From: Octopus sinensis
Taxonomy: Eukaryota
DNA: 64,000 nucleotides
Assembly: GCF_006345805.1 (NCBI RefSeq)
Contig: NC_043007.1
Location: 54,188,001 to 54,252,000 of the forward strand
Direction of reading: 5' to 3'
Made by a program: the position numbers and the translations under genes. Below, one piece after another: positions 52,877 to 64,000 of the stretch. The notes below the pieces were generated by a model. The model searched no databases and was not told the DNA's origin. It worked only from the letters and a program-made list of their open reading frames with translations. Within the stretch, counting starts at the first letter, position 1. The number at the start of each line of letters is the position of its first letter.

Positions 52877-52995
52877 CTTGGTAAATCAGATTTATCATCT
52901 AAAAGTTTTTCTAAATATGAAAACCCAAATGCGCGATAAAAACAGTTGCCATCACCTCGTGTTCGCCTTAAATCTCTATAGCGAGATTGGAGATC
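52877..52995 (-). CDS. OTUB1: Otubain (OTUB1-like) catalytic exon, 119 bp: DLQSRYRDLRRTRGDGNCFYRAFGFSYLEKLLDDKSDLP(R)
   Basis: Acceptor ttctgtag| and donor |gtctgt. OTU catalytic motif DGNC. Aligns to human DLHKKYSYIRKTRPDGNCFYRAFGFSHLEALLDDSKELQR. Not in the supplied ORF track. Confidence 0.96.
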
Positions 52996-53192
52996 CTACA
53001 GAAATAGAAAATGGCAATTTAGGATCTACATTTTGTATGAAAAAAAAATCATTTAAAATCAAATGTTGAACCTTCTTGAAATGAAGCAAACTATAAAAAT
53101 AGATGTTAACCACATTACTGGCCTACTAATAAATGGGATTAGAGGTAATTTAATAGTCTTTTTCCATGGCAACTCACATAAAAGTATTTTAG

Positions 53193-53843
53193 TTCTTTTA
53201 CTTGTTTCAGTCATTTGACTCTGGCCATGCTGGGGCACCACCTTAAAGGGTTTTAGTTGAACAAATCAACCCCGGGCCTTCTTTTTCTTAAGCCTAATAC
53301 TTATGCTATTGGTATCTTTTACTGAACCACTAAGTTACAAGGATGTAAACACACCAATAGCAGTTGTCAAGCAGTGATGGGGGACAAACACAACTACAAA
53401 GACATACACATTCATACACACACATTCTGTAAATAATAATAATAGTATTTTATAAGCTTAAAGCTTATAAGCGATCACTATGCAATGACTAAAGAAAATA
53501 GTCTAATCAGGCATATAAAATTTCTTGATGTAAAAAGCATGGGAAACCTACTTTTTTCTGTCGAGGGCTTATGAGCCCCATTATTAGACTATTTTCTTTA
53601 GTCATTGTACGGTGATTACTTATAAGCTTTAAGCTTATAAAATACTACTATTATTATTTACAAAATTGTAAAAATGCTGCTTACCAAAAACCATCACACA
53701 CAGACACACACCAGGCTTCTTTCAGTTTCCGTCTAACAAATCCACTCACAAGGCTTTGGTTGGCCTGAGGCTATATTAGAAGACACTTGCCCAAGGTGCC
53801 ATGTAGTTGGGAAGCAAGCTTCTTACCACACAGCTGTGCCTGC
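53193..53843 (-). mobile_element. tRNA-derived SINE interrupted by a fold-back insertion
   Basis: Same family as 15371-15773. Split at its (CA)n tract by the hairpin at 53428-53662. Confidence 0.82.
53428..53662. repeat. Fold-back element, 80-bp arms
   Basis: 53428-53507 is an imperfect reverse complement of 53583-53662. Confidence 0.85.
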
Positions 53844-53970
53844 AGCAAAGAGCTATATGTTAATATGTACTCCTACCTTCCAAATGCAAACTAATAGAAA
53901 CAATACATTAATGAAGTAGAAAAAAAAAGAGTCAGCATTCTAACCGAAAGTAATAATCTATAAACTTTTA

Positions 53971-54325
53971 ATGGTTCTGGGTTCAGTCCCACTGCGTAAC
54001 ACCTTGGGCAAGTGTCTTCTACTATAGCCTCGGGCCGACCAAAGCCTTGTGAGTGGATTTGGTAGAAGGAAACTGAAAGAAGCCAGTCGTATATATGTAT
54101 ATATATATGTGTGTGTGTGTGTGTTTGTGTTTGTCCCCCCAACATCGCTTGACAACCGATGCTGGTGTGTTTACGTCTCCATAACTTAGCAGTTCAGAAA
54201 AAGAGACTAACAGAATAAGTACAAGGCTTACAAAGAATAAGTCCTGGGGTCGATTTGCTCAACTAAAGGCAGTGCTCCAGCATGACCGCAGTCAAATGAC
54301 TGAAACAAGTAAAAAAGAAGAGAGT
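53971..54325 (+). mobile_element. tRNA-derived SINE, 5'-truncated
   Basis: ggttcagtcccactgcg..accttgggcaagtgtcttc..(GT)n..gtcaaatgactgaaac. Confidence 0.88.
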
Positions 54326-55039
54326 AGTAATTATCTATACCTTTTAAGGTATTTACTTGCATCAACATTTACTTTGCAGACTAAGCTGTAGCCTTCCAAA
54401 GTCTGCCACAGTTACCTTTCTATGACCAGATCCAATTCAATTTGAATCCAAATGACATTCAATCAACAAAAACTAGATAACTGAACTGAAAATCAGAGCA
54501 AGATTTGCCTTGATGAGTTGCAGACATATCTTCTGTTGCTCACCACCTGAAGATGGAGTTCAGAAATTGTTAACACTCATGATTAAATGAACCATAAGCA
54601 GGCTATTCTGAATACTGATGACAGGGATTCAGGCAGTAACATGCTTGGAAATCACATATTTGTTCCTGACAATAAAGCCAAAAAAAAAAAAAAAATTAAA
54701 AACCAGTACTTTCAGTTAAACACTTTCAAACATCACAGAGTCACATAATACTAGTTTCACGAACATAAAAACAAACTAGCATCCTAGTACTTGAAAAAGA
54801 TTTTTATACAAAGTTTTATCTCTTTTTAGGGTTACAGATCATACATCATTATTAGATTTACATACTCTCAATATTGTTTTGGACTCACTGGTTAGCAGGG
54901 GAGAAGAGCCCAATAAAGAAATTGATCCATCAATAATTGGAAATATATTTCTAGGTTTTATATGCCTTGATTTCTAAAATATTTCACTTCAAAACTTCCA
55001 CAAGTTTATCCAACATTATCTAGTTATTGGTATTTGAGA

Positions 55040-55720
55040 TGCATTCTATGTTTTGAGACTTTTTTAGGAGAGGCAATTATAACTGTCATAGATTATTGTA
55101 TTTTACCATATCATTATTATACATGCTATACAAGCTGACCTACCAACTTTTGTTATACTAATACAGCCTTCTAAACATTGCTTCCCACAGATGGCTAGTT
55201 TGCAGAAACCAGATGTGATGCGAAGACAATTTAGAAACTTGCTATGCAATAAAGTTTTGTGTTAAACTGGGCAAAAACACTACAGAAACTTGTAGTAAGA
55301 GAATCATCTACATCCACCATGTTTCCTCTGGCCAGATGGTCAACAAAGACTACTTTGTGGAGGTTTTGAGGGAGATCAAGAAGAGATTTTGTCATAAAAG
55401 GCCAGAGCTCCAGCACTAAGACAATGCACCAATCCACAATTCCATCCTGGTAACCAACTACTTGATAGGGATGGGCATCAAAAGTGTCCCTCACCCTATT
55501 AACAGTCCAGACCTTGATTGCTGAGACTTTTAGCTGTTCCTCAAGCTGAACAAAAAGATGAAGGAGGCTGTGACAAGTGTCCTGGACGCCTTAACTTTAA
55601 AGGACTTCTATGGAGTCTTCATGACGTAGCTGGAGTGCTACAATCTGTCCATTGAAGTCAGAATATCCTATGAAATTAATATATCTCTCACAAAAGTTCT
55701 GGAATATATCTTGTAGTATA
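55040..55720 (+). mobile_element. Decayed mariner fragment
   Basis: Remnants VNKDYFVEVLRE, QH*DNAPIH and PHP..SPDL. Confidence 0.55.
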
Positions 55721-55899
55721 GATTCAAGACAGTAACAGCACTGGAATAGGCAAGCTTTGTGATCATTGCATCCTAGTGAGAATAAACAGCATGGTAGTCA
55801 ACAAGAACATGCATTTGAACAGAACTGACGAAATTTCACTGTTCTGCCAAAAACTCTGTTAATGATTTGCGTGTTGAAATAATAGACCATTAACAATCT

Positions 55900-57900
55900 G
55901 ACAGGTACATAACACCTCCCAACTTCTATTACTACAACCAATTCAAAGTTTGTTTATGCTAACATAGCTAGACAGATCCTTTTGAGCACTATATATTGTC
56001 CATAATCATGGTCCCCTATTATCTCTTCCATATGACTCAATATCCTGCAATCAGTTGTCACAACTTCATCCTGTATCCCCCTGAATCTCCCTCTTCAACA
56101 GTTCCATCCACTTGCATCCTCCTGGTTTTAATTTTTTGGTTCTTGTAACTGTGGGCTATCTTTCTCTCTATTTTTTCAATTTCTACGTTAGAGAGTATTT
56201 TCCCCAATATTTAGCTTGCTCATCATTCACTGAGTTTAAATACTTCAATATTCTAAGTTTCCAATATTCTTTTCTGGAATTCTTGCCTTCCTGGTTCACT
56301 TACATGACAATATTCCATTGCTATCTTGATTTCCTTATTCCACTTGTTGCACAGCTGTAACAGCGTGATTATTGGGTCTGTGCCTATTGGGTAAGAGGCC
56401 TTCACCATATGTGCATGTCACATTTATGCTGTTTTTGCATAGATTTAAATTTGACAAAGTACTCATAGAAGGAAAGTGATTTTATGGTTATGCTGTTACC
56501 AGTGTTGTTAATTTTATTTTCAAGACACCATCTCTATGACAACTGTTAAATAGGCTCTCCTTGAGGTGGATTTGATTCCACCAGTGGTCAGTGATTTCTG
56601 TGAAATGCCTTCTCTAGCTGAAGCAGGTTATATTGTGCTGGTTGCTACACTAGTACTTAATCCAAAGATTATGTTTTCTTTTCAAACGTGGTTCAGTTAC
56701 ACAAGTAGAAGACTTCCATCAACATCATGTGAATATGAAAATAGCTTCACATACATTATCATGCATAAGCAAAAGAAGGTTCGAGCTAGATGGCTTCTAT
56801 CCTTTGACAAGTTTGGTTTTATCTCCTGCTAGGTAGGAAAAAACCCTACAATATGAAGTTATATTTCAATGCAGAACATGGGTATAAAATATTGGTTTTT
56901 GTTTGTTTCTTTTCTTTTTCATGTTAACTTAGATAGAAAGCATTTAAGAATATGAGTTGTATCAAGGAGAGAGATTTTTGGAGCAGTCACAGGTTCAACT
57001 TAACCATTCCAGGTGGTGTGATAGTCTTTCTGGAGAATGAAGCTATTGCACCAATTGTAACTGGTACTATTTAAACTTTTGCTGCTGGACATCCCCACAT
57101 TCTTGATATTTCTACTTTTAAATTAGCATATTTTAAGATGTTTTCTACTTCCTTGCCTGTAATGTTTTTTGTTTGTTTTTTTGTTTGTTTGTTTTTTTTT
57201 TGCATGAAGGAATTGCAACATTTATTAAAAGGCATTTCCCCTTTTATGTCATGTACAACATCTGGTCAGTAGTTATTTGTCTCTGTAGGTGTCAAAATCC
57301 TGTAGAATTTTTTTATTAGGCTCATTTAGAGTCTTTCTCTTACATAATCATACCATTTGTCTAAAGTGTTGTATCCATATATTTTAAAAAGCAGTGGTGT
57401 AGATTGAAACAAACTTTACCATGATATTGCTTATATTCTTTCTGAACTAACATTTAACAAGCTTGCTACAATATATCTTCCATTCACTGAGTACATAAGC
57501 CACACTTGTTGGAGCAGTGGAATAAATGCCCTTGCACATTGAACTAGTATTCTGAGTTTGATCTTGAGCAGTTACCAACAACTTTCAGTTTTACTCTTTA
57601 AATCTCCACTCTTGAGCCATTCCCATAACGAGTCATAATTTTTTTACATTCTTGGTTTCTTTGTGAAATTGCCCATGTAAATGCTTTTCTTCTCATGCTT
57701 CCTTTCTTTCACAAATTATCCTGCTTTCATATGCTTTCTTCTCATGTTCATCTTAAGTAAGTCCTTCTTCTGTAGCAGAGTGGATAATAATTTAATTCAG
57801 GAAAAGAGAAGTCGATTTAATGTTATGAAGATTTCCATGAACAAACACCATTTATTTCATACTACAAAGTTATGCAAATCCTGCAATATATTTAGTGTTC
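55900..57900 (-). mobile_element. Highly decayed non-LTR retrotransposon RT region
   Basis: PQG-type motif (cctcaaggagagcc) near 56555 in an A-rich minus strand. No long ORF survives. Confidence 0.35.
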
Positions 57901-57989
57901 ATTCACTTTTTCAGACATTTTAGTTTGAATCATAATCAATGTACATAAACAATGATTTAACTTCTCTTTTCCTCAATTAAAATAATTAT

Positions 57990-58205
57990 ATCATGATAAT
58001 TTAATGTCCTTCTATGCTAGTATGGGTTGGACAGTTTGACAGGAACTGGTGAGTCAGGCAATTGTGTCAAGCTCTACCGTCAACTTTAACATGGTTTCTA
58101 TGGTTGGATACCTTCCCTAACGTCAACCACTTATTGAGTGTACTGGGTGCTTTTTACATGGCACCAGCATCAGTGAGGTCACAAAGTAACTTGCAAGACA
58201 ACTCC
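57990..58205 (-). mobile_element. RTE 3'UTR-derived repeat (decayed)
   Basis: tttaatgtcc..tgggttggacagtttgac..ggatacc..cctaacgtcaaccac. Confidence 0.65.
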
Positions 58206-59243
58206 TTAATATAGTACTGAGGGAGATGAAAGTAAGAATGAGGAACAGGAACAGGTGTCTTGCTGAAGAGAAGATACAAGGCTCCCCCAGTTGGAAAGAG
58301 AGATGGTTAAGGCATACCCTTGGGGTACAAGGTGAATATAAAAGAGAATCCAGGGATAGAGGAACAGAAATGGTGGGTGGGTAAGTTCGAAATAGTGTAA
58401 CAGATGATCAGAAATGGGAGTTGAGATGGATGAAGTGAATATCAGTTTGGAGAGGTAGTGATAATGGGACAGTAATAGAGATACAATGTTAAGTGTAGGG
58501 GAATAAATGGTATCATTTACAGTACTTAAGTGAGTTGTCTAAGTATTTTTAAACCCAGTTAGGTTCATCCCACTTTCAATGTGACCACAACTGATTACTT
58601 ACAGAGAGACAAACAGAAAGAAAGCAATGGGGAGAGAAGAATCAATCTTAGTATAAGATGGGTGTTTTATTTAGTGATCCAAATAAGATGAATGACAAGC
58701 TCAATTTAAGCAGTATTTGAAATAAGAACACAAGAGAAATAGAAAGTATACCACAAGGCAACCTGTACAACATTCTGCCAATTTACAACTTTAAAGTTTG
58801 AGTATACAAAAAAGGATAAAAAAAACTAAAATAACTTTAAAAAAAAACATAGGAACATCTTAGTAGAGTGAAGTATCGTATTCCTAGTAAATACTATAGA
58901 CTCGATAGACGATGAAGTTTATGTATATACAAAACTATCTTATTAAAATTTGAGAAGTATCATGATCAAACTCTCATTATTAGATCTATCCAGGGTGTTT
59001 TATCCATATTATTATTTAATATCAAGAAGCTTACTTTTATTAGCAAAATTTGAAAGTTAAAAGAAAAGTATGCTAAAAATCCTCATTTAAGCAAACTCAA
59101 ATTTGTTGGATTAACTTGTGAGGCCTCTTATTAAGTACACATGTAGGAAAATTAATTCTTTTAAATCTATATAGCTACAAATCTTAGCAATTTATTCAAA
59201 ATCACATAATGAGAAACAATGAATTTAAAAAATTCATAAAAAC

Positions 59244-59342
59244 CTTCAATTTTTCTTGATATACATAATCTCCCTCTGCATAATCTTTCATGAGTTGATT
59301 CAAAGGAAGTCGATCACTCATAAGAGGCTGAGAACAAACAAC
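59244..59342 (-). CDS. OTUB1: Otubain (OTUB1-like) internal exon, 99 bp: VVCSQPLMSDRLPLNQLMKDYAEGDYVYQEKLK
   Basis: Acceptor tttattcctgttag| and donor |gttttt. Phase 0/0, joining in frame to exon 52877-52995. Aligns to human IAVQNPLVSERLELSVLYKEYAEDDNIYQQKIK. Confidence 0.9.
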
Positions 59343-60079
59343 CTAACAGGAATAAAAAAAAATTGGTAAATCAATGTTTGATGAATACTTTAAATGTCTT
59401 CATGACTTAAACGCTAAGGAACTAACAAAATGATGATAAGGATTATCTTGAAAAAAAATATAGCAAAATAAAAACTTTCCACATTTCTTTTTAAACAAAA
59501 AGTTATAACAAGAACTCAAGTAAAGGGAATGTTACTTTTGTTTCTTTAAAGTTACTGAAACAAAAGTTCTTGCATACTGTATACACAAAGATTCATACAA
59601 ACATATGACATCAAATTCAGTTTACAGAAACTTTTGTCATTAACACAAGACTGTTTAAAAAATAAATGGTTATCTTCAACTGCAAAGAAGCACCTTTTCA
59701 TAAAAAGGCTGTAGCAGCAAATCATCTAGTGAAAATCAATTGAAACTCAGCACATGGTATTTCTACTATATACACTGTGGCAAATCAGTAAACTAAGGTC
59801 AGTGTCACAGAACTATCAAGAGAAAGTTCAGTAAAGCTTTGAACTGAATGAAGACCCATCTCATTTCTACAAAAGAGATAAAGATCCAATCACTGGCTAC
59901 CTGATAAAGACAAAGAGCTACTGAAGCTATTCATATTTAAATGCCTAACAGTTACTCAAGCCACCTTTGTTGAGAGAAAATATGCAGCTCTTCCTATGGA
60001 TAATCACAATCACACATTAACTCTTAGCATCCTGCATGCCAGAAATCCACATGACACTACATAAATCTGTCAAAGTAAT

Positions 60080-60358
60080 AGAATGCTGTCAACTTAATGT
60101 GACAGACCAATGAAAGGGAAGAATGCTATTGTTATTTAGCCCTAGGAAACACCGTTTCCTGTTGGACTTGACACATTTCCTGTGTTTTTATGTTTTCAAA
60201 GTGAAGACAAGCACCTCCACCCAGCAAAGCCAACATCCAGAGACTGGTTTCAGAGTCATTGCTCATCATCAGTCTGGAGTAGCATGGCTTCCTAGGGCTA
60301 AATAACAGTAGCATTCTTCCCTTTCATGGGACTGTCACATTAAGTTGACAACATACTC
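60080..60358. repeat. Fold-back element, ~70-bp arms, hammerhead motif in the loop
   Basis: 60080-60148 is an imperfect reverse complement of 60289-60358. Confidence 0.88.
60236..60278 (-). ncRNA. Putative minimal type I hammerhead ribozyme
   Basis: TCCAGA CTGATGA TGAG CAATGA CTCT GAAA CCAG TC^TCTGGA. 6-bp stem I, intact CUGAUGA and GAAA, GAG/CTC stem II, GUC cleavage triplet. Confidence 0.72.
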
Positions 60359-61453
60359 TCACTTTATCGTGCATAAATCTCTCTGAGAGATTTAAAAATG
60401 TATTATTTTTATAAATCTATCAGTTCTATATTTCCTGAAACCAACTGAAATCATATCTCTGCTGGTTACTTTCTTTCTAAAGAAAGTGAGAAACACTTCA
60501 ATATAAGGAGAAAACTATAATTCCATCGTCTATCATAATTTACAATCTGCAACCTGTGTCATATCGACCCACATGCTGCAGCATTTTTATGATTTTTTAA
60601 CAGCAGTTTTTAGGTAATATTTTACATTTGTTATGAAAATTATGATGAAAGGAATTTTATTGTACTGGTGATAGAGATTTGAAAAAATAGTTTAAAAGTC
60701 AAAAAACAAATTTAAAGGGCATCAGACCAGTAGGTAAAGAAAAACAGAGGTAAAGAAAATGGAATATATACATATATGAGAGAAAGAAAATGGAATTCAG
60801 GAGACTTTTATTTTGACCATTTGTGTACCAGTAACTCACAAGTGAGATGCTGTATAAACAATTATGGTGCATCATAGGTGCAGATGTGTTTCTTTGGGTG
60901 ACTTGTCAAACAGTACCTTGTGTTTTTAGCTGATGTTTCATTTATTTCAATAACAATCCAATTTGGTAGTTGTGGTATATATATAATAAAAACAGACAAG
61001 TGGATTATCTGGTATTGCTACAATAGTTTCATTAAAAATTTTTACAGTAACATAAGCAAAATACAGTCAGATATGCAGTATGCACAACATCCATAAGCTT
61101 ATGTGATATGTTACGTAACTCTCAACTCATCAGGACAACCAAATCAACAAGAAAGCAGTAACACGTTGGTCAATCAACTGATTATCAACAAGAGAAATTT
61201 GTAATCAGAATTATCAACATCTTGGACATGTAAAGTGGGAGGGACTGCAATCTGTCAGTCAACAAGTATGACTAGCAGAATGATGTAAATTAAAGAACAG
61301 TTATACATATACATACCATTCATTCTTTCAACAACTGTTTTTACATGATAGCATGGCTTTAACAGAAAATAATTGAGGCAGGATTTTTACAACTAGATGC
61401 AGCTCCTGTCATAAACCCTTCTCTGTTTTTCAAGTGAGGTATTTTTTATTATT

Positions 61454-62145
61454 TCAGAGGAATTCAAACGCACAGAGATACTGACATTCCTGATTCCTAA
61501 TGGGCCAGAGGCTATTTCCTGGCTTCATACCCTTAATTGCTTTATCTACTAGAGAGCTGTCTATTGGAATAGCTGGTCCCTCTACTGGGTCAACATTTGG
61601 CAGGCTCTCTTCCTCCCATTCATTCTCCACATTCAGCAGTCTTTCATAATGGCTTCTCCAAGCCTCTTTCTTTTCAGAAACACTAAAAGCAAGTGCATCA
61701 TCATCCATGCAGACACATTTCTCTCCTGTGACATCACAATTTTCTCTCACACACTGTCTAGCAATCCAAAATACCTCAGTTCTTTGGTCCTCACATCGTG
61801 GGACATTGGTAAACTTCTTTTCCGCTTCGCCTTGGCTATGTATACCTGCCGCCCAGCCTCCCTTTTGGCTACTTGGTACAGTTCCCTGCTACCCCCATCC
61901 CTCCAGACTTTCAAGGCCTGTTTCTTTGCTCTAATGGCTTTGTCTACTGTACTATTCCACCACCACGTAACTCTGGGTCTGGAAGGGACTTTGCATCATC
62001 CGCAGACTTGGTCTGTGGCACTCAGCAAGCTGTCCCATAGGAATTTCCAGCTACCTTCTATATCTGATGTCTGTAGCTCCTCCTCCGTCTCATCAAATTT
62101 CTTGATGAGGATGTTCCTAAATCTTTGACCATGTGAAGGGTTCTT
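61454..62145 (-). mobile_element. RTE-type LINE fragment (region between endonuclease and RT)
   Basis: ORFs with KKEAWRSHYERLLNVENEW..VEGP..AIKGMKPG and W.FLWDSLLSATDQVCG, plus a TWWWN motif. Confidence 0.8.
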
Positions 62146-62181
62146 TACACATATATATATATGTGTGTGTGTGTGTGTATG

Positions 62182-62217
<36 letters not shown>

Positions 62218-63353
62218 CAAGATGGCGCTGAACTAGGAAGACGTGTAAGTTTTACCTCCCGGAAAGTTTTGTAGAACCTCCAAGAGATTGATGTGATCAG
62301 AAGTGAAGTGACCTGTACTGCAAATATAGTTGAAAAGTGCGACAAGTACACTAAATTTGAAAAGGCTATTTTACTTTTGATGGTAGTATATGCAACTACA
62401 AGGATAACCTATCCGACGCAAAGATATTAGGAACTGAACATGTGTTACTACTGAAGCCATGTGTTCCAAAGGGATATACAAAGAAAGAAAAAAGTTGCTG
62501 CTTTGTTTATCCTGCTAGCATTTCTTTTAGAAGCTATGTCCTGACATCTACAACTTGTTCACAATAATAAATTTGCAAGTTGTTCAAAACATAAAGAACT
62601 GTAACTACATACATTGGAGCTCCGTTTTGTTTACAAAACGCATAGGATATCGGAACCTGCAACTTGTTTCAAGATATTAAAAACAGGAACATCGGATGTC
62701 TGTCTGTTTATATCTTTCTTCCTTCTAAAACAAAATGAAGGTAAGTTTTCTCTCAACCAGACGGTAAGAAAAAATTATTTATTAATAATTTATTGTATAT
62801 TCATATATAATCATAGACAGTTTCGTCTGAAACAACAATATATCCATAGATATATTCAAGTGTGCATACACACTGGTATACATATATATACAATATCTGC
62901 ACATCCATAAAAATACAGCCCACTCTTACTATCTGTTTCACTTTTCCCTTTCTATTCTCTCTTCCACCCTGCAGATCTGCCTTACTCTTTCTCTCTTTGT
63001 CTTGCCATTCTCCCCTTCTGACACCCACAGGTCGATCTCCTTATCTGTTTCTTCTTCTCTCAGACCCTCTGCTAATTTTCCACTTGCTTTCTCTCTCTGC
63101 GTCTCTCTTCATGTCTCTCTACCACACCTATATCCCACTCTCTCTCACCCTCCCTCCTTCCTTTTGCTGATCTGCCACTCATTCTCTCTCTTCTCAGGTC
63201 AATCCACTTGTCTCTCGCTTTGCCCCGGCTGATCTGCCACCCCCTTTCTCCCCATCAGCTTTTTTTCTTCTCTTCTCTCCTCTCCCTCTCAGGTCAATCT
63301 CCTTATCTTTCCTCCTCTTTCTGTTCCTCTATTTCACTGTATCCCAAGCTAAG

Positions 63354-64000
63354 ATGTCACGGAACTGGTCCGCAAAAGAATTGCAATTGTTAGTCCGCGC
63401 TTGGAAGATTGTTGAAGGTGACTCCCCAAACAACATAATTGCAGCAGCACTTAAAAGTAATAAGTTCTCCAGAACCACGCCCAGATAGAGCGGAAGAAAC
63501 ACGAATTGATCCATTCATATGCTCTAATTAGACAACATATGGACACACTTGACATCATCTTGAGAGGTGACTGCACCAGGGATGACAAAAAGGATGGAGA
63601 AAGCATCCAGGACCCAATGGTCCCTCAGAAGAGCAAAACCAAAGTCACAGCTAAGAGACCTGCAACCAAGGGAAACAATGGCACTTGTCCAGCCCCCAAA
63701 GAGGTGTGATGGCTGAAAAAGGAAAGCACCTTAAAGCCAACAGAACAAAAGCTGCCGACGGCAATGAAAAGCAAGTGGTAAATGAAAGAAAAAAAGAACA
63801 CAACAAAAACTATTCAGACAAAATAAAAGAGACCCAGCCAGATCCACAGAAGTTTCAAGGGCAAAAGCAGGAGCATCTGCAAATTTTACCTGCAAGGAAA
63901 CTGCTAGCATGGCGACGATGGTGCAAACAATCCTTTTGCACATCAGAAGCCCTGTCAAAACCGCATGGGCCCAAGATAACAATCCCTCCCACGAGGAGGA
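63354..64000 (+). pseudogene. Probable LINE ORF1 remnant: Myb/SANT-like domain plus CCCH-like finger
   Basis: MSRNWSAKELQLLVRAWKIV..IIAAALKSNKFSRT, then after a frameshift AQIERKKHEL; later ICKFYLQGNC*HGDDG...FAHQKPC. Preceded by a CT-rich tract. Confidence 0.5.

Noticed and set aside
52878-53069. Plus-strand 63-aa ORF
   Set aside because: Antisense shadow of the true minus-strand otubain exon.
53480-53520. Hammerhead in the 53428-53662 hairpin (CTGATTA GACTA..TAGTC)
   Set aside because: No GAAA follows the stem in either arm, and the core is altered.
54547-54572. CTGAAGA tggagttca GAAA hammerhead-like string
   Set aside because: Stem II is weak and there is no complementary stem I.
60123-60314. 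Two overlapping opposite-strand ORFs, both starting MLLLFSPRK
   Set aside because: Artefact of the inverted arms of the fold-back.

Overview
AT-rich, repeat-dominated eukaryotic DNA. The repeat repertoire (tRNA-derived SINEs, RTE-type LINE with (GAT)n tail, long TA microsatellites) points to a coleoid cephalopod, most likely Octopus; that is an inference. The only host gene I can support is an otubain (OTUB1-like deubiquitinase) on the minus strand. Three internal exons were found by hand (59244-59342, 52877-52995 with the catalytic DGNC motif, 41639-41723), with GT-AG boundaries, continuous frame and sizes of 99/119/85 bp. The rest is intronic or intergenic and filled with decayed transposons: mariner/Tc1/pogo, hATm, Chapaev3, piggyBac, Helitron, RTE, CR1/L2 and Penelope-like elements (PLE), including two three-level nests. 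The most notable signals are (1) mutually unrelated fold-back elements in the otubain introns, two carrying minimal hammerhead-ribozyme motifs on the pre-mRNA strand; (2) a 5.7-kb modular block (RTE tail, G-rich leaders, ~240-bp and ~349-bp arrays) inside a TA microsatellite, resembling a VNTR-carrying composite retroposon; and (3) inverted repeats able to form long dsRNA next to the catalytic exon. All coordinates and alignments were made by eye. TE family names come from motif recognition, not database searches.
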